From Isurus oxyrinchus (taxonomy: Eukaryota), in the NCBI GenBank assembly GCA_026770705.1, contig JANJGN010000188.1:558001-622000 (forward strand): a DNA stretch of 64,000 nt. The letters run 5' to 3'. The notes under the pieces were generated by a model that had not been told where the DNA came from, did not search any database, and saw only the letters and a program-made list of their open reading frames with translations. Shown here piece by piece: positions 1 to 12,329 of this stretch. The first letter of the stretch is position 1; each line of letters begins with the position of its first letter. The translations under genes were made by a program, and so were the position numbers.

Positions 1-1250
1 TTACTCCTAAGTAGATAGGGTGCTCACAATGCTTCAGTGTTGCTCCACACCAGGTTACTTTAAGCTGGCGTTTGGCTTCATGGTTCCAGAAGTGGAATGC
101 ACAAACTTGCATTTTTGATGGGTTTACACGGAGGTAGTTTTCTTCATAGTAGGATGTCATTCCTTTCAAGGCCTCAGAAAGCGTTTTCTCCATGGTGTTA
201 AAATCAGTGCTTTGGGCAGGTACACATAAGTCATTAACATATATAAAACGACGTGTGGCACCGTCTATAGGTTGGTCATTCGAGAAGATGTTGTAGAGCA
301 GTGGTGCAAACACACGTCCCTGAAGAAGACCACCCTTCTGAATACATCACCTGCTGCGCTTCCCACTCAGTTCAATATAGAACGGGCCATTCTGATGCAT
401 GCTTTCTAATAGCTCTGTTAAGTGAATATCTTTTTGTCATCAAAAGGATCTTGCAGAAGAGCCGTCTATGTTTCACTGTATTGTATGCTGCTGACAGCAT
501 CTGTTACCATCCCTTGCTCAAAACCATCTTCGATATGTTGTGTAAGGTTGAGCAGTTGGCTTGTTGTTGATTGGCCGAGGCAGAAACCTGTTTGCTCTGG
601 AATGATCTTCCCATCTGCAGGTGGTGCTATCCTATTGAGTATCAGGCATTAAAATAGCTTATTGGTTTGGCAAAGCAGTGAAATAGACCGAAAACCGTTA
701 AGATCTGAGGTATCATTTCCGGCCTTTAATATTGCTATTAGATGTGCCTTCTGCCAAATAATAGGCAGCTTGTGAATTGCCAGACAGTAGCTGAACAATT
801 GTTGGAACGATTTATTTGCTTGCTGTCCAAAATGCTTTATCTGCTCCTTTCCTATGTTGTCAGGACCAATTGCTTTCCTGTGTTTTAGACTAGATATACC
901 AGTTCCCAGCTCTTCCATGGTGAATGGTCCAGTGAGGCCAGGTTCATCACTGTACATCTTCCTATCTAATTGTGCTTTTGATTGTTTCTTGTCGATTTTT
1001 CTATATAGGAGCAATTGGCTTGCAACTTGGTTAGCAGACAAATTTGGATGTTGGGCAGCTTTCTTGGGATCGCTTCCAAGATTGTGTATGACAGACCATG
1101 CCTTCATGGTATTTTTTGTATGACCTGTTGTCTCTATCAAGGTGTCCTAAGTGTTTTTGACGCTCTTGAGAGATACTTAACAATACCCTCTCAACGGTAG
1201 ATATTGTTTACTCTGAGGAGGGGTCAGATTCAAACATTGAAACAGACTCT
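1..1250 (-). mobile_element. Decayed non-LTR retrotransposon RT region (I/Ingi/Vingi-like, clade tentative)
   Basis: Minus-strand peptides KAIGPDNI, GFRSISLLCQTNKLF, QAGF...LTQHIEDGFE, GLLQGRVFAPLLYNIF.ND, FIYVNDL and PIYLGV are LINE RT motifs, interrupted by stops and frameshifts. The element runs off the window edge. Confidence 0.8.
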
Positions 1251-1254
1251 CAGT

Positions 1255-2910
1255 AGAGGAACAGGGGGACACAGTAATCGACATCAGTGAGGAGGGCTGT
1301 GAAATTTTCTATGAAATTAACAAATAGAGAGAGGAGGTATTAGGTGGTTCGCGGGATTTAGAAATGGAGCAATGAACAATAAGGGTGAAATTTATCTCCC
1401 GCTGTTGAGGGAGACAATGGAAGTTAAATCAGGGGCTCTGGGAATAATTTGCAAATCCTCATTCGTCACAGGTGAGATATCAGAGAACTGGAGGGATGTC
1501 AACGGTGTCCCATTATTTAAAAGAAACATGAGGACAGCACCGATCAGCAGACAGACTAAGCTAGGTGGTGGGTCATTACCATGAAGGATTTTTAGCGACA
1601 TAATAAATCAGCATTTGGACGGACAAGGGCTAATCACCGGGATGGTCAGCATGGTTTTATTAAGGTAAAGTCGTCTTTGAAATACATGATCGAATTTTCT
1701 GAAGAGGTTACCAGGGGTGTTGATCAGTGTAATGCATTTTATGCGTTCTACATGGGCTTTTGTAAGGCTTTTGAAAGATCCTTCATGGCCGACCCGTCAA
1801 TAAAATAAATACACATGGGATCCAAGGCAAAGTGTCAACGCTGGATCCTAAATTAGCTGAGAGACAGGAAGCAGCATGTGATGATAAAGGGATGTTTATA
1901 TGACTGTTAGCCTGTTTCCAGTGGGGTTACGCAGGGCTCGGTGCTGGTGACTTTACTGCTTAGGATGTGCATATATGATTTGGAATTTAATGTAGGGGGG
2001 TATAATCAAGAAGTTCCCGGATGACACTAAAATTGTAGGGTGCTAAATAGTGAGATGAATAGCCGTATACTAGAAGAGTGTATCAATGGACTTGGCAGTT
2101 GGGCAGAGTCGTGACAAATGGAATTCAACCTGGAAAAGGGTGAGGTAAGGCACTTGCTGATGGCACAACAGGCAAGAGATTGCACTATGATGAGTAGGGC
2201 CCTGCAAAGTACTGAAAATCAGTGGGATCTTGGTGTGCATATACACAGATCCTTTAGGGTAGCAGAGCAGGTCGACCAGTTGGTTAAGAAGGCATATGGG
2301 ATCCTTGCCTTTATTAGCCGAGGCTTAGAATACAAGGGCTGAGAATTTATGCTGGAAATCCACAAAACTGTGCTTAGGCCACAAGTCCAGCGATCCTGAT
2401 ACCACATTAAAGGCAGAATGAGATTGAGCTGGAGAGGGTGTAAAGGGAATATACAAGGATGCTACCTGGACTAGGGGCCTGAGCTATGAGGAAATATTTA
2501 GTAGGCTGTAGTTCTTTCCCAGGGAGCAGCAAAGTTTGAGAGCGGACATGATAGAGGTCTATAAGATTATGAGGTCATAGATAGGGTGGACGGAAAGAGA
2601 CACTTTCCCTTAGTAGTGGAGTTAATAACCAGGCGCCAAAGATTTAACGTAAGATGAAGAAGGCGAAGAGGGGAGCTGAGGAGAATATATTTCACCAGGA
2701 GGGTAGTGGGTGTCTGGAATGCACTGCTTAAGCGGGTGGCTCAGTCAACATGTCACATAACATTTAAGCATTTTTAAGATATTCACTTGACTTACCATAG
2801 GCTCCAGGGCTATGGACCGAGGCCTGTCAAATAGGATTAGTGTAGCCAGGAGTTTGTTGATAGACGCGGACACGTTGGGCCAATGGCCTTCTCCTTTTTT
2901 ACACAAGCTT
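1255..2910 (+). mobile_element. CR1 LINE, decayed RT and 3' end
   Basis: GVTQGSVL-, FPDDTK-, WQMEFN...V.H- and DLGVHIH-like motifs (ORF 2118-2342), followed by a CR1-type 3' tail (gggccaatggcct). Confidence 0.88.
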
Positions 2911-3699
2911 ATGGGTCTATGAGGCATCCTGTAGCCATTCAGTCCAGGATTGTAGTTCTCTGATTAAATGCAGCCCACCACGTGAACACTCTGTCCAGTC
3001 AATTTCACTTTCCGTTTTCCTCTTTATCTCAGGATTGGTCTTGATTAAAATGCAAACTGAAGGACTTCCTGTCTCTCAGTTTAAAAAAAAAATGACAGAC
3101 AACACGGTGGTCATGTACTATATTTACAACTGACTTATGTAGAGATTTTTGGGGTTGTGGGAGTTTGGGCGGGGTGTGTAAAATGGATGCTAGCCACAAT
3201 CAGATCCTCAGTAAAACTCATTGGCCCTGTGACACCCTGGTTAAAACTCAGAAGCGGCTGCAGTTAAACTGTCCACAGCATGGTCCAACAAGCTGCGATG
3301 TGTCATTAGCCAGGTCTCCTTCCCCCACTACTACCCAGTCTTCTAAAATGCCTTCGTTCCCCCTTAAAAATAGGGTGGGGGAAACAACTGATGACAGCTT
3401 CCAAAAACCACACCCCCACCCGACCAACACATTTCACCTGTCCAATGTGTCATTTGCTCTAAATCCCAGGAAGCATAGAGGGATGGCAATAAACTTTCAC
3501 AGAACCCCGTAACATTTCAAATTTAATTCCAGACCATTGGAGATGTTGCACTGTGGATGCCTCAGTTTATTTTTAAAGTTTTAGTGAGAAAAAGCTGCAG
3601 ACGAAACGCCCACAGCAAGATCCCAAAAGCAGCACCACATTGCACATTGGAGACATCACCAGGTACTGTGCGCTATTCAGACCTTCTCTTTCCATTTGT

Positions 3700-4010
3700 T
3701 ACACCCTCTGTCTCCCTCTCTCAGTGTTTCCATCAATTGCTCCACTCATCCATTTTTTTTGCTTGTCTCTCTGTCTCCATTTCAGTGCTTCCTCAATTCT
3801 TTGCCACTCTCTCTCTTTGTCTCGCTCCCTCTATCCATTTTTCTTTATCATTCTCACCCTGTCTCTCTCACAGCATCTTCAATCTCTGCCTCACTTTCTC
3901 AGTTTCCTCAATCACTGCTCTATCTCTGTCTCTATGCCTTACACTCCTGCTCTCTCGCTCTCTTTCACTTCCTGTCTATTTCCTCAATTTGCCAGTCCCC
4001 TCCCCCCAGT
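3700..4010 (+). repeat. CT-rich low-complexity tract
   Basis: Degenerate (CT)n/(TCTG)n. It explains the overlapping S/L/F-rich ORFs at 3557-4161. Confidence 0.8.
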
Positions 4011-4293
4011 GCTCTGTGAGAATTGCCCTACTGGTTTTCAACAGTTGGATTTCTTTCCAATCAGCCTGAGGGATCACAGTGATGGACAGGCAGTCCAGCC
4101 AATGCCGGGGTACAGAGATGGCTGGAGATATTTTATTTTCTCTCCTGTCAGTAATGGATAACAATGATGTTCAGTCAGCTTGGTTAATGGGATAGAGAGG
4201 TATTCAGTATTTCGTGATTTTTTTCTCTGTTCAATCAGTGAGGGATAGTTATGATGGCCCAGACAATGGAAACACTCAGCGATTGAGTTCTTC

Positions 4294-5195
4294 TCATCGT
4301 TGTCTGAATTGAAGGAATAATTTTAAGGGATATTTCAACACATTCTTCAACTGCTGTCTGAACGGAGTCTGGGCCAATGCATAAACCGCAGTGTTAGTGC
4401 AGCAGCTCAGGAGCTGCAGCATGAAGCCCAATTCCTTAAGAAACTCATGCAACTGTACAGAAGCAAACGCCAAGTTCCACATCCGTTTCCATAGAGAATA
4501 AACCATTAACATTGACCATAACAAGATGAAATTGGCTGAAATCACGAATAGTAAAATGATGGATTTCCTTCGACTCTCCAGCTCTGGGTCTCTGGGAGTC
4601 TGCCCACAGCTGCAAGCCAGGAGTCTCCTGCGGGCTCTGCTGCTCACTAAAATGTGTCTGACAGTGAGAACATTGAGCAGCAGGATCAGGACAAATGGGA
4701 CACATGGAGTTAGAATATGATGGAGGAACTCGATTTTTATCCAGAGTGGAGAGGTTTGAGCATCAACTGTGACCTCACCAAACCAGGGGGTGGCCATCAA
4801 CAAATACCGGCCTGTTAACATAAAATACAAGAAAAGGTTCTTTAAACAGCTCAGCATAGTCACTACTCCCAACACCACAGTCGCCGTTCTCTTGCTGCAA
4901 TATCTTCTTTTCAGCTTTGCACAACAAATGACCACAAATCGATCAAAGGTGAAAGTGACAGTGAACCAGACAGAACAGTCAGTGGCTGCATAAAGAAGGA
5001 CGGAGTGGATATTACACACGGGGATGGAAAGCAGGAAGTAAAAGTGTTCCCGAAAGACAATCAGAACGTGTCTCAATATCAGGTCTAGGATGACGACCAG
5101 CAGATCCGCCACTGCCATGGCCACCAGGTAACAAGTGACACATTTGGATAGACCACATTTTTTACATTTCAGGAGCACAATTGTGATTAAGTTCA
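4294..5195 (-). CDS. Class A (rhodopsin-like) GPCR, GPR139/GPR142-like family; main coding exon (end of TM1 to C-terminus), first exon not located
   Basis: Uninterrupted 300-aa frame with hydrophobic helices and the motifs YLVAMAVADL (TM2), PVC...SVWFTVTFTFDRFVVIC (TM3, DRF), TPCVPF..I..LN (TM5), RRKSI.LL (TM6) and LLSCCTNTAVY (TM7). A polypyrimidine tract and acceptor (ttcccctttcttacAG|tgaac) precede it, so the ORF 'start' is a splice junction, not a real start codon. Confidence 0.92.
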
Positions 5196-5329
5196 CTGTA
5201 AGAAAGGGGAAATGAAATTACACATTAGGCTGGGAAATAATTTACCAGTTTGATTCGAGTCTTGTTGTCAGCTCCAACTGATTTACTGCACCTTGTGATT
5301 TATTGGATTAAATTAGCCCCGTAGAACAT

Positions 5330-5620
5330 CAGAGAAAGTATGTGATACAGTGGAATGAAGTACAATATAAGTAACAGAAACTTCCAGGTAAGGAGGAAGG
5401 GGAGGCAGAAATGACGGCGAGCCAGATGTAATGTGGGGAACCAAAGCTGAATTTGGGGCGATGGGACAACTGGACGATCCAAAGGTGATAGGAGGAGTAA
5501 TGAGTAACAGTGAGATGAAGATGACTGGGAGGAGCCAGAAGTGGCGGTTGCATTCCAGACAGGGGACAGATTTGCGTTTTTTTTTTCGCTTCATCTCTTC
5601 TATATTGATTGCAAAAAGGT
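5330..5620 (-). mobile_element. Probable Penelope-like element 3' fragment
   Basis: Loose similarity to the better-preserved Penelope endonuclease end at 18.0-18.26 kb. Confidence 0.4.
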
Positions 5621-8152
5621 GCTTTCCTAGTAAGGAGTAGTTGACCCCTCCAGTGCTGTGATGTTTTAGGAACAGTCACAAAACAGGCTTTGTTGTTAAG
5701 TTAAAAGTTAAATGAAGTGTCAAAAAGTTATGCAGCACAAAACTAGAGAGGAAAAACATATCAAGCACTTCTCCAGGTATCAGCACAGACGCACACATAT
5801 GATGTTTCTTCTTCTAACAAATTAACATGTGCTCAGATTATTAGAAAACAAATTAGAAGCCAGGAGCTTCTCTGTAGACACACACAAAGGCTGCACACAC
5901 ACAGAGAAAATACACAATGAAACACAAATGGAAACGCACATGCACAGAAAAAAAACAGACACACACGTACATACACGCATGCGCGCAGACAAAAACACAC
6001 GCACACTCACACGCAGACACATAAACAGAAACACAAATACACAGACGCAGACAAACACAAACATGTAGAAACACACAATGGCAGACACGGACACAGAGAT
6101 ATTCACACAAATAGACACACCAACTGAAACAAAGTCACGGAGATAGATACACAGACACACATGCCCACACACAAGCAGGCAGTCACAAACAGAGATATAA
6201 GTACACAGACACGCATACAAACACAGACTCACAGACACATAGACATAAACATATACATACACATAAACACAAACACACACAAACAGATAGATTCAAAAAA
6301 GGGCACACGCCGCATAAACAAGATTAAATACAATCATGCACTAATGCACCGAGAGATAGACATACAACTTGAACACACATACCTGAAAACTCACTTACAC
6401 AGCCGCACAATCAGTTTCTGTCTCACACACACAGACATGCTCATACTCAGACAACTCACACATAGATAAACTCACACACGCAGACGCACACATAACTCTC
6501 AGGAGTACTGAAACACACACTGAACCACACACACAGACGCATGCAGACATATATGCTTTCACACATTCATATGCACACACACACACATACATACGCACAC
6601 ACATACAGACACACAGTCACCCACGCTTGCATGCACACAAAACCACACACAACAGACATGCATGCACATGCACCACATGCATAGAAACACACAAACAGAC
6701 CGGCACATAGAGGTAAATAAACAGCAGCACATACACACAAATGATCACTTATACACATAGATATCAATACAAACAAAAAGATAGATGCACAAAAATTCAT
6801 GCACGCAAAATAAAAATACTAAAACATGCACATGCGCACAAACATTCACACACACATACACAACATTCATGCCTACATAGACGTGCAGACAGAAATTTAT
6901 ATACACGAAAACTCACTCACAAAATAAAACACAAACACACAACCAGGCAGACATGCATACAGAGACAAATACACAGAATCGCATACACACACAGGCCCAC
7001 ACATACTATTGCACACAAACACACAAAATCCGATAGTCACACAATAAAGCACGCAAACAACATAAACATACTGAATCACACGCACATTCATGCATATAGG
7101 TACAGACATTGAGACAGAAACACACTTACGTGAAAACTTGCTCACACGGATACACACACGTGCAAACACAGTCTCTCTGTCCCCGCCACACATAGGCTTG
7201 GTGTCTCACATAATATCATTCAGAGATATGCACATGCACAGACGGAAAATCAAACAGTCACTCTCAGGCACAATTAAAAATCACACACACAGAAACAAAC
7301 AGAGAAACACACATGCGCATACGCAGAGAAACATGCATTCAAAAACTCATGCACACACACACACACACACACACATGCACACATATAAGCAAATGCATGC
7401 ACACACACACACATGCTCACACACAAACACAAACGCTCACACACATAAAGAGTCAAACTGAATTACTCAGAATCACAGAAATGCGCACTCAGTCGCAAGC
7501 ACAATCAAGCGCAAAAATACTCTCTCAGACAGATGAAGGCACACATACACAAACGCAATCACGCACACACACAAACACATGTTCAATTATACACACACAT
7601 GGATATACTCAGAGTGCACAGACGCAGACAAACACACAACTGCAAGCACACAAACACAAAGACACACGTAAATTCATGCACATTCGTACACACACAATTG
7701 CAGATACACACATATGCAGAAACACATGCACTCACAAACTCATACGCACACATAAATACACTCACAAACATTCAAACACAAACACATATGTATTTACAGA
7801 CACATGCATGCGAGTACACACAAAACACACACTGAAGTGCTCACACACACTCATACTCACAATCAGGCACACTAAGATGCAAATGCACATACAATAAATA
7901 ACAAATTCTCTCTCTCTATTTCTCCCTCATTCTCTCTCCCCATCTCATTCTCTCCCAGACACACACACAAAAAGATACACACGGAGACAAATCCACGCAG
8001 GCACAGACACACAAACACAATGCACTCGCTCACACACATACACATACATGAACTGACAGACACACAGATACAAACACATGCACAAAGAAACCCACACCCA
8101 CACATACACACAGAATTCTGCAAGCACACTGACGGGAAAAATAGGTTTCACC

Positions 8153-8334
8153 NNNNNNNNNNNNNNNNNNNNNNNNNNNNNNNNNNNNNNNNNNNNNNNN
8201 NNNNNNNNNNNNNNNNNNNNNNNNNNNNNNNNNNNNNNNNNNNNNNNNNNNNNNNNNNNNNNNNNNNNNNNNNNNNNNNNNNNNNNNNNNNNNNNNNNNN
8301 NNNNNNNNNNNNNNNNNNNNNNNNNNNNNNNNNN
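8153..8334. other. Assembly gap (182 N)
   Basis: Run of N. Confidence 0.99.
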
Positions 8335-8660
8335 ACAATACAAGGCATTTTGACAGCACGATCCAAACTTCTGACCACTAACAGCCAAAGCGACAACAGC
8401 TGCAGATAAAAGGGAAAACCATCACCTGGAAGCTCCCCTCCAAATTGCTTAGCATCTTGACTTGGGAATATGCCATTGTTCCTTCACTATCAATGGGTTC
8501 AAATCCTGGAAATTCATCCCCAATGGCACTATGGGTGTACTTACACCACATTGATTGCAGCCGTTCAGGAAGGCAGCTCACCACCACCTTTTCAATGACA
8601 ACTAGGCATGTGCAATAAATGCAGTCCCAGGCAGTGAATCCCGCATCACATTAATTAATA
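8335..8660 (+). mobile_element. 3' end of a CR1-like LINE (same family as 25.2-26.3 kb and 39.5-40.9 kb)
   Basis: Shares the tail cacctggaagctcccctcca...gcagctcaccaccacc...gcaataaatgc with 26090-26280 and the reverse complement at 39490-39700. Confidence 0.8.
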
Positions 8661-8714
8661 AAACACACACACATGCAGACACACAAAGGCTTATACACAC
8701 GCTCACACATAAAT

Positions 8715-8746
<32 letters not shown>

Positions 8747-9819
8747 GTACATACACACACGCACACAAATATACACACTCCCACACAAACACACACTGAT
8801 GAACACATACACTGACATAGAAAAGCAGGCGAACACACAAACCGAAACAGATAAATACACACACGCTCACAGAGAGCATGCTCACACTGTTACACACAAC
8901 TCTTTCTCCCGCACTCACATGCACAAATACAAACACAGACACGCGCACACAGTCAGAAATAAACCAATACACACATATGCAGATACATTTAAGCTATGAA
9001 ATGCAGAGGAATACATACAGAAACACACAAATACATGCACTCACGAACAGAGCACACAGAGCGTTACTCGCTTTCTCTCTATTTTTCACACACACATAGA
9101 AATACACAAAGAGGATACATATAGACAAAATACATAAATACACACTCATACATTCGCACAGCATCAGAAATGTACACACATGCACACATACGCAGATACA
9201 CACAAGCAAAGAAAAGCAGAGGAACACACATAGAATACACAGGCACAAACAAAGCACTCACTCTCCATCTTTCTCTCTCTCTTCATGTCTCTCTCTCATG
9301 CACATATTCACACATATTATGTACACACAGATACACACAGACGAAGAAGGAAACACGAACATATATGAAAGCACAGACGTGCAGAGACATGACACGCAGA
9401 TATAGACATGCACAAGCTCACTCACAATTATACTCACACTTTCACACAGACACACATACTCACATGCACACACACGCAGGGACATAGACTCACACGCACA
9501 CATGCAACTCAAATGCACCCACACATAGATAAGCACAGAACTACACACATACAACAGTCACTCACAGTTATTTACAACACTCATACTTAGACGTATAAGA
9601 CACACCATCACTGAACTACACACACAGAAAGACACATATAAACACACATAACCACAAAGAGTTAAAAACAGAACACACATGCATGCCCACATGCATACAG
9701 ACACGTACACAAACACACACACACATTCATATATATTCACCCTAAGGCATTTACACGCACATACACACACAATCACACAAGCACTATCTCCCTCTCTGTC
9801 TTTCTTTCTCTCTCACTCT

Positions 9820-9857
<38 letters not shown>

Positions 9858-11220
9858 TTCACACATATAAATCACACACGAACAAACACACTCATTGATG
9901 CATATAGACTTTACAGACATCCATGCAGTCACAAAGAATCAAAAAGTAATCACACACAAACCGTTACACACACTCACAAACACGTGCACACATAATCACA
10001 TACTCAGAAATAACACACTGGTTCACACACATAAAAGCACATAGGAACACACACACACACCCACACACACACACGTTCACACAGACAAACACACACATTC
10101 ACACAGACACACACAATCTTAAATATACGCACACTCTCACAAACATATGCACGTGCAGCGCAGAAAAGCACAGTAACATATATGGAAACACATGTGCACA
10201 CAGTGAACAAGCACTAATAGGCATACAAATGCTTGCACATATTTATACTCAATCTCTCACACACCTCACACACATATTCACACACAAATATACAGAGAAC
10301 CTACATAGATGCACAGAGTCACTAACACTTATGTGATCACATACATACATTGACATGCACAAAAACGTTCTCACTCAAACACACATGCAGAAACACACAT
10401 GTACGAATAAACATAGGTACACACTGAACTTACACACAATGACACAGTCACAAACATGCACATAATCACACAAAAACTCACACACATGCACTCACGGGTG
10501 TGTGCAAATCAATACCTTACTCAGAAACACACACACACAAGTACACATGCACACCACAAAAACACACACACATGCTCATACATTGCCTCTGGCCATGATG
10601 TCTTCGACCTCTGTTCTGGCCGCCGAAGTGGCAAAAATATTACCAATCTGCCTGAGGAGGCGTTTGCAGCAATAACCAACTGAAATGCCCTTTAAATAGA
10701 ACAGCCACCCATGTCACAATTGGAGGAACGATCTCCTCTGTCCCACCAGGGTAAGTCACTCTTCTCATCAATCACAAGGCACAGACAGACAAACACATTT
10801 CATGTCCACAGAGCTCGCATACAACCCACATACGTCAGGCATATTTCTCATCTGGCCTAGCAGGCGCCCTTCTTAACTCTTTGTTCATGCCATACAGGTG
10901 GCGTACAAGAGGGAGAGGTCTCACACTGCTGGAGAAATGAAATCAACTCCTCACGAGCTTAGAATACGGTCTTACTCAGCTGGCTGGCAAAAATCTGGAT
11001 TGTTCCTGTCCTTTTAGTGAGTTTGGCCGTGCTCTGCCAAGTGAGGACCCAACAGCGTAACACCCATAAAGCAACCATGCCAGTGATGTGCCAGTTTCAC
11101 AAGCCGCTGCTAAGCTCTAACTGTCTCTCCTTTCCATTGCAGGCTCATCTTGGAAGCAGCCGTTGGAGTCCACGATCAGGGCAACAAATTGCTCCTCTTC
11201 CTCAACCTCCAAACTACAGC

Positions 11221-11360
11221 AACCGCAGTGCAGCCCTTCCCCTACACAACACTTACTTCAACCGCAGTGCAGCAGTTTCCCCACGCCCAATTTATATCAG
11301 CCACAGAGCAGCCTTTCCGCAACACAACACATACTTCAACCGCAGTGCAGCCCTTCCCCC
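11221..11360 (+). repeat. 39-bp minisatellite, ~3.5 units
   Basis: aaccgcagtgcagc recurs at 11221, 11260 and 11338, with the variant agccacagagcagc at 11299. The period is 39. Confidence 0.85.
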
Positions 11361-11369
11361 AGCGATTCT

Positions 11370-11660
11370 GCTTTATGTCATTATGGGAATCTTATTTAGC
11401 CCTTACCATGACCTTTAACACCCCATTTGTCTTTTGTCCATGACATCTTTGTCAATGTTTCCTTTGTCTCGACATATTGTTAACCTTCAATTCAGCTTCA
11501 CCTGCTCCACGCCCTTAAACAGTATAAATTCCATGACATTTCTATTTCTCTTTAGCTCTGAAAGAGCATCATACGTACTCGAAAAGGTAAGTATGTTACT
11601 TTCTCCATATTCGCTGTCAGGCCTGCTGATCTTTTCCAGATTTAGCTGTTTCAATCTGTA
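11370..11660 (+). mobile_element. Penelope-like terminal (pLTR) fragment
   Basis: Ends in ctga...cgaaa...gctgtcaggcctgctga...ttccag, the same terminal sequence seen at 41.9, 55.7 and 63.7 kb. Confidence 0.6.
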
Positions 11661-11844
11661 ACGCTTCATTTGTCTAGGCTGCCTGTCCATCATGGCTACT
11701 TGTCTCTGGTTCAATAAAAGTACATACCTTTAAAAATACCTACCCTCTTCCCTCTTTGTGGCCTACCTGTCAACAATCGCTATTGTTCACCACTGGGTTA
11801 GGAATTATTCTGTTGGAAGACAATCCCCGCAGGGAAAGGACGGT

Positions 11845-11932
11845 GGGGGTTTGGGGCGCCGGGGGCGGGGGGGGGGGGTGGGGGTTGGTGTGGGGGTGGT
11901 GGGGGGGGGGGGGTGGGGGGGGTGGGGGCGGC
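11845..11932 (+). repeat. G-rich tract (G-quadruplex-capable)
   Basis: Many G runs of 4 or more bases. Confidence 0.85.
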
Positions 11933-12019
11933 GTTCAGACTAAGTGATGTCATGAAAAGAGGTGAGGTAAGAAGAAACTTTTAAGGAAGTGAGATCACCA
12001 TTGGGGTTTAAAGGAAAAT

Positions 12020-12300
12020 TGGAAACACAGAGAAGAGAGAGAGATACTGAAAATGAAATTGATAGAGAGAGGGAGAGAGAGAGTCACAGACAGAGACAGA
12101 GTGCGAGACAGAGAAAGAAAAGGAGAGAGAGGGAAAGAGAGAGAGAGAAAGAGAAAGAGAGAGAGAGAGAGACAGAGAGACAGAGAGGCCGACAGATAGA
12201 AAGGCAGAGTGAGTTTTAGAGAGAAGGGGAGAGACACAGAAAGGGTGGGGGGTGGGGGTGGTGGGTGTAGAGAGCACAGGAGAGAATAAGAGGGAATAAC
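12020..12300 (+). repeat. GA-rich simple repeat
   Basis: Degenerate (GA)n/(GACA)n. Confidence 0.85.
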
Positions 12301-12329
12301 AGAATGAGAGATGCGGAGCGAGTGTTAGA

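Larger units (their letters stand above)
5870..10580 (+). repeat. ~4.7-kb degenerate CA-rich microsatellite-like tract
   Basis: Continuous ACAC/ACACAT/ACAGAC variants that give the H/T-rich and C/V-rich spurious ORFs. Interrupted by the N gap and a LINE tail. Confidence 0.93.

Noticed and set aside
3110-3514. Possible short solo LTR ending cgtaaca
   Set aside because: No clear 5' end or target-site duplication.
3557-4161. Three overlapping 107-173 aa hydrophobic ORFs
   Set aside because: They arise from a CT-rich tract that lacks stop codons.
5194-5196. GTG start of the GPCR ORF
   Set aside because: The G is the last base of the splice acceptor AG. The protein would lack its N-terminus and most of TM1.
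5765-5830. Possible GPCR exon 1 ending ...VLIP-g
   Set aside because: No GT donor, an in-frame stop and poor TM1 character. Not supportable.
5822-10683. Many long H/T-rich and C/V-rich ORFs
   Set aside because: Translation artefacts of the CA/TG tract, open on both strands, with no domain signal.
11221-11360. CRISPR-like repeat array
   Set aside because: Eukaryotic context, the 'spacers' are themselves repeated, and there are no cas genes. It is a minisatellite.
11989-12277. R/E-rich and S/L-rich ORFs
   Set aside because: GA microsatellite.
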